Shown here one piece after another: positions 26,885 through 36,264 of a stretch of DNA of 64,000 nt. The notes beneath the pieces are model-generated. The model made no database searches. It had not been told where the DNA came from and saw only the letters and a list, made by a program, of their open reading frames with translations. Numbering within the stretch: the first letter of the stretch is position 1; the number at the start of each line of letters is the position of its first letter. Both the position numbers and the translations under genes were made by a program. This stretch comes from a plasmid. Location of the stretch: sequence record NZ_CP067423.1; one strand, 5' to 3'.

Positions 26885-27960
26885 TGGATCAACTCCGAAG
26901 AAGAATTGCCGGATATATTATAGCCTGTATTGAGTTGATGGGGGACATCAACACGGGTCAGTCTGTAACCTGTGGTTTCATCGCAGCCACCGGGCCGGAA
27001 CACCCCGACGATGTCGCGGCCACCACCCGCCCGGCGCCTAATCCAAATGATGCGCTGCAGGGTCTTCATCAGCACGCGACGCTGCGGCACCGGGTCGATG
27101 CCGGCCTGCGCCACCATCTGCTCGATGCGGTCAAAGAAATCGGCCGGGTTGCTTGCGTGCAATGTCACCAACCCGCCGGTATGGCCGGTGTACTGGGCCA
27201 TGATGAAAACCCAGAGCACGCCATCGCGGGCTTCGCCGAGGATGATGCGGTCAGGCCGGCAGCGCAGCGCATCCTTCAGAAGATCCGCCATGTCCAGGCC
27301 GATGCTGGACAGGCGCAGCACGTCGGCCACGCACGGAAACTGCATCTCCGGCGTATCCTCCAGCGTGACCAGACGATCCGGCTGCACCGCCGGATGATTG
27401 GCCATGCTGGTCAGGAGACTGGTCTTGCCGCTGCCGGTCTCGCCGAACACCGCGACTGTCAGCTTGTTCGCCAAGGCCGCGGCGATGCAGTCCATGGTCG
27501 GCAGGCCCTGGCCGATCGTGTCGGTCTCCTCTTGGGCGAAGTGGACCTCGCGACCCGCGATCGGCGCCACGCCGTCGGCGACGTAGTCCCCAAAAGACCG
27601 GATGGTCCTGGGCAGGAAGCGGAGAACCACATAAGGGCCACCCACGGCTCGGGGCGGGATGCCGCCCTGGAACCGGATCTGCCCGGGAAGATCGGCGGCG
27701 AAGCTCAACCGTCCCCTGCCCTCGGCCACGATGCCGGCGAAGCGCGCGGCCAGGGTCACGATCTGCTGGCGCCGGTCAGCATCAAACTGGGTCTCAAGCC
27801 GGCGCTTGCCGACGGAGCCATAGACGAAGGCTCGACCATCCGGGTTGATGGCGATGTCCTCGGTACCGGCCTGCGCTGCCAGGGTCTGGATTTCGGCGCC
27901 CAGAGCATTGTTCAGCAGGCGTTCGGCCTCGCCCCGCTCACGATCGGAAAGCGGGATCAT
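26881..27960 (-). CDS. trbB: T4SS-2 VirB11/TrbB-like ATPase
   Basis: Walker A VFGETGSGKTSLL, then RIILGEARDG and VTLHASN motifs, in a 359-aa product. Confidence 0.9.
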   Translation of the reverse strand: MIPLSDRERGEAERLLNNALGAEIQTLAAQAGTEDIAINPDGRAFVYGSVGKRRLETQFDADRRQQIVTLAARFAGIVAEGRGRLSFAADLPGQIRFQGGIPPRAVGGPYVVLRFLPRTIRSFGDYVADGVAPIAGREVHFAQEETDTIGQGLPTMDCIAAALANKLTVAVFGETGSGKTSLLTSMANHPAVQPDRLVTLEDTPEMQFPCVADVLRLSSIGLDMADLLKDALRCRPDRIILGEARDGVLWVFIMAQYTGHTGGLVTLHASNPADFFDRIEQMVAQAGIDPVPQRRVLMKTLQRIIWIRRRAGGGRDIVGVFRPGGCDETTGYRLTRVDVPHQLNTGYNISGNSSSELIQ

Positions 27961-28373
27961 TTTGCCGCCTCCATTTTCTGGACGAGATCCTGCACCTGGC
28001 GCACGTGATCGGCCTGGGTGACGGGATGCTGCTCCGGCGGCAGGTAGCGCAGCCGTGTCTCGAAGTTGGCGATTGCCAGCAGGGTGCGGATCTGGTGAGC
28101 CATGCGGTCGATCTGTCCGCGCATCTCGACCAGGGTGGCGGCGACCGCGTCCGACTGATCGGCAGCCGCGTCAACCTTGCCCATGGCGATGTTGATGCAC
28201 TGCTCGACGATGGCGTTGCGCGACCACTTGCCTTGCATCTGCGCCTCGATCCAGGCGTCCTGCTCCTCGGCGAACAGCACCTCCCGGGCCTTCCGGCCGA
28301 CGTAGCGGTTGCCCCTCGGGCGTCGTGCCCGGCGCTCTGCCGCCGTCGCGAGTACATTCGTGTCCATCATCAC
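27957..28373 (-). CDS. hypothetical 138-aa protein between T4CP and trbB-like genes (possible relaxosome/transfer accessory)
   Basis: Protein-like composition (MMMDTNVLATAAERRARRPRGNRYVGRKAREVLFAEEQDAWIEAQ...). Tightly packed: the stop overlaps the trbB start, and the start is 2 bp after the T4CP stop. Confidence 0.45.
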   Translation of the reverse strand: MMMDTNVLATAAERRARRPRGNRYVGRKAREVLFAEEQDAWIEAQMQGKWSRNAIVEQCINIAMGKVDAAADQSDAVAATLVEMRGQIDRMAHQIRTLLAIANFETRLRYLPPEQHPVTQADHVRQVQDLVQKMEAAK

Positions 28374-28374
28374 C

Positions 28375-30235
28375 TCACATCATCAGCGGAACATCGTCGG
28401 CCGGTATCGGGGTTGGTGTCTGGATGGGCTCGGGCACGGGGTCTGGTTTTGCCGCCGGCTTCACCGGCACCTTGGCCTTGAACCTCTTGTTCTTCTTCTC
28501 CTCGGCCTTCCCGGGCTCAGGTGCTGGACCCCGTACCGACGGTTCCTCGAAGCAAATGGCGTCCCACAGGTTTCGGGCACCCACCTCGAGCGGCAGATCC
28601 AGGAAGGCACCCTTGTCGTCGCGCACCGGCAGGAACTCGACGTCTAGCGGTAACCAGGACCTTGGCGCTGGGTTGACCAGCGAGCGCCAGCTGCTCAGCG
28701 GCGGCCGGCTGACTTTGATCGGCTTGGTGTAGCCGCAGACCAGGACGTCGTCCTCCGACAGCCGCAACACCGCCTCGGTCGGCAGGATCGGCTTGCGCAC
28801 CCGGGACCGTGTCAGCCCGGCGCCCCGGCGCTCGCCGCCGGCGCCGTAACTGGCGTTGTCGGACTCTGCGGTGACCTCGACGAAACCGATCGCCTTCGAC
28901 AGCTTCTCGGCCTCGCCGCTGTCGAACGGGCGCAGGGCGACCAGCCGGCTATTGTTGAAGATCAGCGACTTCTCGCCGTAGATCACCGCCAGAACGCCGT
29001 CGGACTGGGCGCCCAGCATGGCCCGGCAGTGGTAGGAGCGCATGTCGGCCATGGCGCCCTCGATGGCGTCGACCTTGCCGAACCGGTTGAACTCGTCAAG
29101 CGCGAAAAGCATGCAGTGACGCTTCCACCGGGCACCGATCCTGTCCTGGTGCCCCATGATCGCGTTCAGGATCTGTGACGTCATCATGCGGACCAGCGGC
29201 GCCAGCCTGGCCGAGTGCTCCGGCGGCAGATGCAGGTTCAGCAGCACCGGGTTCGGCCCGCACATCAGGTCTTCCGGCGAGAACTCGCACGACGATGTTG
29301 CAGAGTCGACGCACGGGTCGGCGTAGACGTTCAGATAGCTATCTATCGTTGCCAGGATGCTACCGACGTAGCGTTCGTTGTTGTTCTGCCAGATCTTCCG
29401 GGCCGCACTGGCGATCTCCTCGCGGAGGATCGGGTTCGGGTGCTGCTGGCGCATCATCCGGTCGCCGCCCTCCCGGCCGGTGGCGTGGAAGCGCCGCAAG
29501 CCGCCCAGGTTCCGTTCCTTCGGGTCGCCGAAGTTGGCCAGGAACATCATCTCGGCCGTGGCGAGCGCCTTGGCGTTCTCGTCCCAGATCGGCTCTTTTG
29601 CCTGGCTCGTGTCGGTATGCGGGAGCAGGGCAGCGAGGTTCTGGAACCCGGCGATCTGATCCACTCCAGTTCCGACGCGGGCCATGGGATTGTACCTGAC
29701 GCTGTCCGGCAGGGTCGGCGCGAACAGCAGGTTATGCCGCCACCGGCTGGAACCCTGGAGCAGCAGCCAAAAGTCACCCTTGCGGTCATGCACGATGGCG
29801 CTGCCCCGCCAGGTCCGCATCAGCGTCGGCAGGAAGAACGAGGCGGTCTTGCCCGACCCTGTCGGACCGGTAACCCGAACATGCATCTGGTGCCGGTCAA
29901 TCAGCAGGCGCCCGTCTGCCGTCGCTCCGACGGTGATCCCGCCAGGGTCGGCTATCACCGGCCGGTTCTCGAAATCCATCTCGAGATTCCCCTCTTCATC
30001 GGTTTGATCAGCCCGAACTGCACCAGGTCGGCCTCGGTTGCCCAGGCCGCCTCGACCTGGTCCTCCGTGCCCCGCATTCGCGGATTGAGCAGCCGGCTGG
30101 TGATCCGGGTGGCGGCGATCTTCACGACCACGACGAGACCGACCATGCCGACCAGCAGCCCCAGCCCGGCCGGAACGAACCACCATTCATGCTGGGCGAC
30201 CTGCGCCCAGACCCACCATTCGCGGATCACTCCAG
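28375..30235 (-). CDS. VirD4/TraG-family type IV coupling protein, interrupted by a frameshift near 30005 (possible pseudogene or sequencing error)
   Basis: N-terminal part (GTG ~30235, frame A: TM helix WWFVPAGLGLLVGMVGLVVVV, then AAWATEADLVQFGLIK like the GSARWA motif) stops at 29955. Frame B continues GNLEMDFENRPVIADPGG...Walker A VTGPTGSGKTAS...to 28375. Confidence 0.75.
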
Positions 30236-30850
30236 CCCTCCCTCTCGGCCGTGCGACCGCCCGGCCTGGCGGACCGGCACGCCGGTGTTCGGGTCCAGCC
30301 CCATCTGCTGCCGGCGCTCCTGGACCGCCTTGCACTTCGCGTCCGGGTCGACTCCGCGCTCTGCCCGGTATCCCAGATGCTGGGTCGCAACCTCCCTCGC
30401 CCTGGCCCGGAGGCCATGCGAGACGTACCCACTCGACAGGCGTAAATTCCTGTCTTCCACCCTGGCCCGCATCACCACGTGAGTGTGCGGATGGTCGGTG
30501 TCCCAGTGCTGGACGGCCATCCATTCGAGCTTCACGCCGCGCCGCTGTTCGTCCTCGGTCAGCAGATCCTTTTCCACCTTGCCCATGACCTCGCGGGTGT
30601 AGGCCTCCAGGTCGAGCCGGTGTCCTTCCTCCGGGGAGAGGATGAATTTGTAGTACCTGTTGTCCTCGCCCCAGCCATGGACCTGGGCAAACATCTCATC
30701 CCGGGTCGCCGGATTGCCGTCTTGGTCGATCCCCTTCAGTTCGCCCTCGCGGGTGATGTACCTGATGTTGTCCCGAAGCGACCGTTTGAACGCGGGCTGC
30801 CCGTTGTGCGCCGCCCGGTACTTCACCTTGACCATGACCCGCTGCGCGAA
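30227..30850 (-). CDS. VirD2-like (MOBP-type) relaxase domain protein, ~205 aa
   Basis: Motif I region QRVMVKVKYRAAH...IRYITREGELKG resembles the VirD2 and RP4 TraI N-termini. Motif III HWDTDHPHTHVV (HxDxDxxHxH). Stop TGA overlaps the GTG start of the T4CP (GTGA). The ORF-track extension to 31084 looks non-homologous. Confidence 0.65.
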   Translation of the reverse strand, partial: FAQRVMVKVKYRAAHNGQPAFKRSLRDNIRYITREGELKGIDQDGNPATRDEMFAQVHGWGEDNRYYKFILSPEEGHRLDLEAYTREVMGKVEKDLLTEDEQRRGVKLEWMAVQHWDTDHPHTHVVMRARVEDRNLRLSSGYVSHGLRARAREVATQHLGYRAERGVDPDAKCKAVQERRQQMGLDPNTGVPVRQAGRSHGREGGLE

Positions 30851-31141
30851 CCGCCCAGGCTTGACGGTCCACCGACCGCGCACCGTGACGCCCGTCGCCG
30901 GCATCGGCACCCGGCGCACCGCCTGGGCCTCTGGCGTCTTGTGATGGCGCACAGGTCGTAGTTGCAGCCCGGCCGGGCGGCCCAGCGTCACCGGAGCTCG
31001 CATCAGCGGCGCCTCGGCAACCGGCGCCGCCTCCTCGATCCGATCCCGTCCATTCACTCCCTCCCCGAGAATGATATACATCATATCCCAATTTCACGGC
31101 AGAACGAAGCCCGGTACAGACCGGAGCACGACCCGGAACAT

Positions 31142-31177
31142 CTCCGGATGTCCGGAGCAGCAGATCCGGCGCAGGAT
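31142..31177 (-). promoter_or_regulatory. candidate oriT nick region: IR ctccggaTGtccggag followed by ATCCTGC core on minus strand
   Basis: Minus strand reads cgcaATCCTGCgcc, matching the MOBP/IncP/T-border nick core ATCCTG|C. An adjacent 7-bp-arm inverted repeat lies at 31142-31157. Located ~90 bp upstream of the relaxase ORF. Confidence 0.3.
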
Positions 31178-32226
31178 TGCGTAGAAGATCAAAGGTTTAT
31201 CATGGCTCCCGTAGGGAGTTATCTTGCACCCCCGCTTCGCACCCCTGATCCGGCGTTGCCCGGTCCCCTTTCGACCAGAGGGCCTAAAGATGTCACAGGG
31301 CGCCTATGGCTGTGCGATCGGTAATCCAGGGCCGGAAGAGCTGTCTCGTCGCAGGAAGCGCCCTCCACTGCGAGAGGGGCCACTGAGCTCCCGACGCCGA
31401 ACTCATGGACAATTATGAGTAGCGGGAAACTTCCGTCAGAATGGCTGAGGTCCCGCGTGTCGGATTTGCCGGAGCGATGATGTACGCTGCGGCCGCTGTG
31501 GCTGTCCGGCGTTTTACGATTTGGAGAGAGTTGCTCGACGTCGCTTGCAGGAGAACTTGCCGGCGTTTCTCTGGAGCACCTTGCGGATTTAACATTACCA
31601 GCAGTCGATACTGAGTATAATTAACATTACCGCATTGTGCTGAACTCTCACATCTATAGGCAGGGTCATTCACATCAGCATGTCTATCGATATCACTGGG
31701 GCAGATTGCCAGCCGACGGACCCTGTTCAAGCTTCAGCCATACTATGTAGCGTGGTATGTAGAAAAGGCTCGAAGTTGGGATTGTTGGGCCGGTGAATCC
31801 GTAGAGCTTACAGCTCGGAGGCCTTGCATGTGTTGATTGATGTAATCGACCTTGCCCATCTGATGATGCCGGTCCTGCGTCAGATGAACAGCACCGACAG
31901 GCAGAAAGCTGCCGACGACAAGGATCATAATCCTGATTACGCTGAACAGGCATGGTTTTGGGTGGGGCCGATACTCGTCAGTTTCAGCAAGCCAACCACG
32001 TTTGTTACCTGTGTTGCCCGGTTAGCTGGACGCGCCCTCGGCGAACGGGCGGGTGAAGCCGACGCCTCTCGCAGGCGGACCAGTACTGCGCCGGACAACA
32101 CGGCCCGCGCGGTAGCGGGTTGTGAATATAGAGGGCAGGCAGGACGCTGACGGATGATCCGGATCCGGGCAGACATGCGCCTCAAACCGGGTCAAACCGG
32201 GACGGGAGCAGTTCCGGTTGAGAGGA

Positions 32227-33213
32227 TCAGTGCGCTGTCGGTCTGCCGAAGACGGCATCGACACTGTCGGCCTCAAGCACCGCATCGATCCAGGTATCCA
32301 GCTGGTCCGCATCAGCCGCCAATAACCGGGCACGGTAAAGCTCCGGAACACCGTGGAAGCGTCGCTCGAGCAGCCGGAGCAGGGTCTCGGCTTTGCCCTC
32401 GATGCGTCCCTGTTTGCGTTCCTGCGCCATGACCGACATCACCGCCTCCCTCTGCTCATCCGGCGCCCGGGCCAGCGCCCCCTCGATCGCCCGCCGGTCG
32501 ACCGCATCGTACGCCCAGTTGATATATATGAACGCACTGACCAGGATTCCGCTACCCAGCAGATCGTCGACCGCCGCCAGCACCGCCGCCCCCTGCCCGT
32601 CGGGCCGATGGCTGTACTTCAGCACCCGCAGCCCGCCGCGCGCCACCCGCTGGTCGGACAGCCGCTCGTCCGGCACCCGTCCGAGGTCGAGCAGGGCGTA
32701 GCGGAAGTCTGGCAGATAGAGCCGCAATGCCGGACATGCTGCCACCGTCTCGCCGAACGACAGCGGCACGGTCCACTCCCGGGCACCATGGTAGATCACC
32801 AGCGGCACGATCGGCGGGCGCTCGCTGCCGGCCACCCCGCCCTGCTCCAGCCGTTGCCGGTCCAGCCGGCGCCAGATCTCGGCCAGGTAGCCCAGCAGCT
32901 GGACCCCGACCTCCGGGTCCGGCGCGCTCTTGTGCTCCAGCAGCACGTAGATGTAGAGCTCGCCGCCGTCCAGGGTCCGAGCCCGGTAGAGCCGGTCGGC
33001 CTGGCTGTGGCGCAGGTGGGCCGCGACGAAGTGGGCATCGAGCAGCTCCGGCGCCTCCGGCGCCAGCAGTGCCGCCACCTCGGCCGGCAGGTGTTCGCGC
33101 AGCACGGCCGCGGCCACGCCGGGCTCGTCCATCAGCGCCCGGAAGAAGGCATCGTGGGTGACCGGGAGATTGGGCACGGACGGGCGGCTCCTGAGTGTCG
33201 GAGGTCGGATCAT
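32227..33213 (-). CDS. Rpn-family recombination-promoting nuclease / PD-(D/E)XK putative transposase
   Basis: True start MIRPPTLRSRPSVPNLPVTHDAFFRALM (ATG 33213); YIYVLLEHKSAPD core and C-terminal ETLLRLLERRFHGVPE helix typical of the Rpn/YhgA-like family. Upstream ORF-track extension is GC junk. Confidence 0.75.
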   Translation of the reverse strand: MIRPPTLRSRPSVPNLPVTHDAFFRALMDEPGVAAAVLREHLPAEVAALLAPEAPELLDAHFVAAHLRHSQADRLYRARTLDGGELYIYVLLEHKSAPDPEVGVQLLGYLAEIWRRLDRQRLEQGGVAGSERPPIVPLVIYHGAREWTVPLSFGETVAACPALRLYLPDFRYALLDLGRVPDERLSDQRVARGGLRVLKYSHRPDGQGAAVLAAVDDLLGSGILVSAFIYINWAYDAVDRRAIEGALARAPDEQREAVMSVMAQERKQGRIEGKAETLLRLLERRFHGVPELYRARLLAADADQLDTWIDAVLEADSVDAVFGRPTAH

Positions 33214-33759
33214 GCCGCGCCGGCACCAGCCACGCCAGCCGGATTTCTCACCGGTCCCACAGTGCCGGTGAGGCATCATGGACCTGACCCTCGTTCCCGT
33301 ACCCGCTTCGTGGCTCTTTCCACAGACACGTGATATGCCTTCGGTTCGGAGCGTACCTCTTTCAATTTCATGCGTAGACGACGAGGGTGTGAGTGACGCC
33401 ACCTGATCAGCACCGATCAAGATCCCGGAACAGGTTCCCGGCTGGCCGCAAGCCATCCCAACACGGCGGCGGTCGTACGGGCGGCGGCGGCAGTGCCCTG
33501 GCGAAGCACGCCCGCTACCTGGAGCTTGCCCAGCTGGCCAGGACCGCCGGCGACGAGGTCGCGGCGCAGCATAACCTTCAGCATGCCGAGCACTGGTACC
33601 GCACGGCGATGGCCGACCGGCGAACCGGGAGCGATGCCCCGGCGGCGGTCGATGGCGGGATCCTTGCCGACTGAGGCGCGGCCGGAGCGCTGCCGGCGCA
33701 AGACCGGCCCAAGGGCGCGGACCCCGCTTCTTTCTCACAAACCCTGTGGGCCTTCTGAC

Positions 33760-34170
33760 ATGACACCGGGCGGACAGGACGGGCGGGACGTGCAGGGACC
33801 GGAGACGGCCGACTGGCGTGCCGGATCCTACAATATCATCACCGCCGCCGGCCGGCTCGAAGTCGAGGGCATCGTGCGGTCGCCGTTCGGCATCGACGAG
33901 CGCGCCGACGGCGAGCCTGGATCCCGGAGCTGGGCGGTGACCCACCTGCCCTCCGGGCTGGCCATAGTCACCCGGATCCGGGCGTGGGCGGTGGCGCTGG
34001 CGTTCACGGACCGGATCGCCGGGCTGGCCGACTGGACCGCCCGGGATATCGCCGCCACGCCCGAGCTGAGGGAGCAGGTCCGCATCGCCCTGGACCGGAC
34101 CTATGACGATTTCCAGGCGGGCCGCCTGTCCGCCGATCCGGACAACAGGCCGAAGACTTCCGCTTCCTGA
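33760..34170 (+). CDS. hypothetical protein (~137 aa)
   Basis: Protein-like segment MTPGGQDGRDVQGPETADWRAGSYNIITAAGRLEVEGIVRSPFGIDERADG... inside a longer junk-prefixed ORF. No recognisable motifs. Confidence 0.3.
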   Translation: MTPGGQDGRDVQGPETADWRAGSYNIITAAGRLEVEGIVRSPFGIDERADGEPGSRSWAVTHLPSGLAIVTRIRAWAVALAFTDRIAGLADWTARDIAATPELREQVRIALDRTYDDFQAGRLSADPDNRPKTSAS

Positions 34171-34379
34171 TGCCGTCGGGTCGCCCGGATCCCCCGCCCG
34201 GCGCACGCTCCATTCCGGGGCGCCGGCTGTGGCGAGTGTAGCCCGGGTGCAACCCCACCCGTGAATTCGCATCATGGATGCGGGCCGGCGAGCGCGTTTG
34301 CCTTGTCACCCGGCCGAGCCAGTGGCAAGGGGAAAGGACCTGCCGATGGGGGCAGCCTATTCGAGGGGGATTTGCAGTC

Positions 34380-34658
34380 ATGAACCAGGCGGAACTGATC
34401 GCCGCCGTCGCGGAGCGCGCCGGCCTGACCAAGGCGGATGCCGGAAAAGCCGTCGAGGCGCTGGTCGCCACGGTCACCGACGCGCTGAAGCGGGGCGACG
34501 AGGTGCGCATCGCCGGTTTCGGCAGCTTCGCGATCTCCGAGCGCGCGGAGCGCCAGGGCCGCAATCCCCAGACCGGCGCGCAGATCACCATCGCGGCGTC
34601 CCGGGCCGCCAGGTTCACCGCCGGCAAGGCGGTCAAGGACGCGCTCAACGGCGGCTGA
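34380..34658 (+). CDS. HU/IHF-family nucleoid-associated DNA-binding protein
   Basis: 92 aa from MNQAELIAAVAERAGLTKADAGKAVEALVATVTDALKRGDEVRIAGFGSFAISERAERQGRNPQTGAQITI, a classic HU fold signature (GFGxF, RNPxTG). Confidence 0.85.
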   Translation: MNQAELIAAVAERAGLTKADAGKAVEALVATVTDALKRGDEVRIAGFGSFAISERAERQGRNPQTGAQITIAASRAARFTAGKAVKDALNGG

Positions 34659-34775
34659 CCGGGCGGGCACAGCCCCTCCGGAGCAGCCGGGGATAGGGTA
34701 AGGATCTCCATGGATCGTGTCCAGGCCCGCGCCGAGTACTGGCAGGCGTCGTCCGGCACTACCATCGCGGGACCG

Positions 34776-35789
34776 TCACGTCAGCGGGGCCGCGGCCCCG
34801 CTGACCGATGCCGTCTCCTTGTTGAAGTCGAGGATGACGTCATAGCCTTGGTCGACATCGACGCGGTGGGCGAACTGGAAGTCGTCGCGGCCGTATCCTC
34901 CAGTCATGGTCTGGTTGCCCACCCAGCCCTCCAGGTAGTCATGCCCGTCGCCGCCCCGGACGGTCATGTTGCCGCTCGCGGAGACGTAGGCGGAATTGGC
35001 GCCCGAGACGATGTTCAATTCCTCGAAGCCCCACACGCTGGACCACCAGTAGCCGCTGGGCTCAACATGATCTCCCACGACGCCGAGGCTGCCGCCCCAC
35101 TGGCTGGAGTTGCTGGTTGCGCTCAGGTAGATCTGTCCTGCCTGATCCTGGCCGAACGCGCCGCGGACATCGACATTCAGGATGTCGCGCCCGGCGCCGC
35201 CGTCCAGGATGCCGGTGCTGGGAGGCTCCACGGCGTCCTGCGCAGTCCAGGAGATGGCGGTGAAGTTGAAAGTGTCGTTGCCGACCCCGCCCTGGGCGTC
35301 GTCCAGGCCGTCCACATAGAGGGTATCATTGCCGTCCCCGCCACGCAGCCGGTCGGCTCCTAAGTCACCGCGTAGCAGATCGTTGCCGATGCCGCCGTCC
35401 AGATAGTCGTTACCGTCGCCGCCCCACAGATCATCGTCATTGGCGCCGCCGAACAGGGCATCCACACCCTTGTCACCGCGCAGGCGGTCATTGCCGTTGT
35501 CCCCGTAGAGACCGTCGGCGCCGTCGCCGCCGACGATGTAGTCAGCGCCGTTACCGCCGCGCAGGGTGTCGTCTCCCGCTTCGCCCCACAGGGCGTCGAT
35601 CCCATCACCGCCCGTGAGGGTGTCGTTCCCGGTGCCGCCGTACAGTCCGTCGTCTCCGGTTCCGCCGTCCAGGATGTCATTGCCGCCTTGGCCGCGCAGG
35701 GTGTCGTTGCCCCCATTGCCCTTTGCGTTGTCGGCACTAGAGGTGCCGCTCCACGTGTTAGCGGCAGAAGTGCCATTGTAAGTTGCCAT
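34776..35789 (-). CDS. RTX-type calcium-binding repeat protein (hemolysin-type GGxGxDxL nonapeptides), likely T1SS substrate
   Basis: More than 15 tandem GGxGNDxLx / GGDGNDTL repeats across a 337-aa product, with an acidic Gly/Asp-rich composition. An AT-rich promoter region lies upstream (35800-36260). Confidence 0.85.
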   Translation of the reverse strand: MATYNGTSAANTWSGTSSADNAKGNGGNDTLRGQGGNDILDGGTGDDGLYGGTGNDTLTGGDGIDALWGEAGDDTLRGGNGADYIVGGDGADGLYGDNGNDRLRGDKGVDALFGGANDDDLWGGDGNDYLDGGIGNDLLRGDLGADRLRGGDGNDTLYVDGLDDAQGGVGNDTFNFTAISWTAQDAVEPPSTGILDGGAGRDILNVDVRGAFGQDQAGQIYLSATSNSSQWGGSLGVVGDHVEPSGYWWSSVWGFEELNIVSGANSAYVSASGNMTVRGGDGHDYLEGWVGNQTMTGGYGRDDFQFAHRVDVDQGYDVILDFNKETASVSGAAAPLT

Positions 35790-36264
35790 TGAACTAAATC
35801 CTGCCCTTGGTGATCTGTTATTAGATGTGAGTACAGATTTATACCACCTGAAGTATAAGTTAACAGAATCAATGAGATAGTATCGAAAGAGATACTGTTG
35901 CGTGGTAACATAAGCACGAAGGACAACAATACAGAAATAGTGATAAATTTTACGCGCATTATTTCGCTAAAGGGCGATATCGATTGTCGGTTGAATTAGC
36001 AGCCACGATCCGAAGTATTCTATTATTTTCAATGCATTGTATTTTCCGAGCTTTTGCTGTATGAAACCGGCCGTTTTCCGATAGGCTGTTCAGAGGCTCA
36101 CTTGATCGATTTTGGACTAGAGACCGCTACGGCGTTATCCTCAAGCACAGTGCCCTACGGCGCGCACCCCGCCATGCGCTTCCTCCACCATACTGAGCTG
36201 CACTTTCTAAGTTTCACATAATAAAACCGTAAAAATAGGCCATATACCTGCACGGAGGCTGTTC

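Noticed and set aside
26884-28008. 374-aa plus-strand ORF; likewise 11369..12382(+), 11676..12356(-) and 10238..11245(+)
   Set aside because: Shadow ORFs overlapping VirB11 and the IS110/IS5 transposase genes respectively. Arg/Pro/Gly-rich junk translations.
30851-31084. Upstream 80-codon extension of the relaxase ORF (ORF-track start at 31084)
   Set aside because: Not protein-like (MMYIILGEGVNGRDRIEEAAPVAEAPLMRAPV…) and precedes the position equivalent to the VirD2/TraI N-terminus. The true start is probably near 30850.
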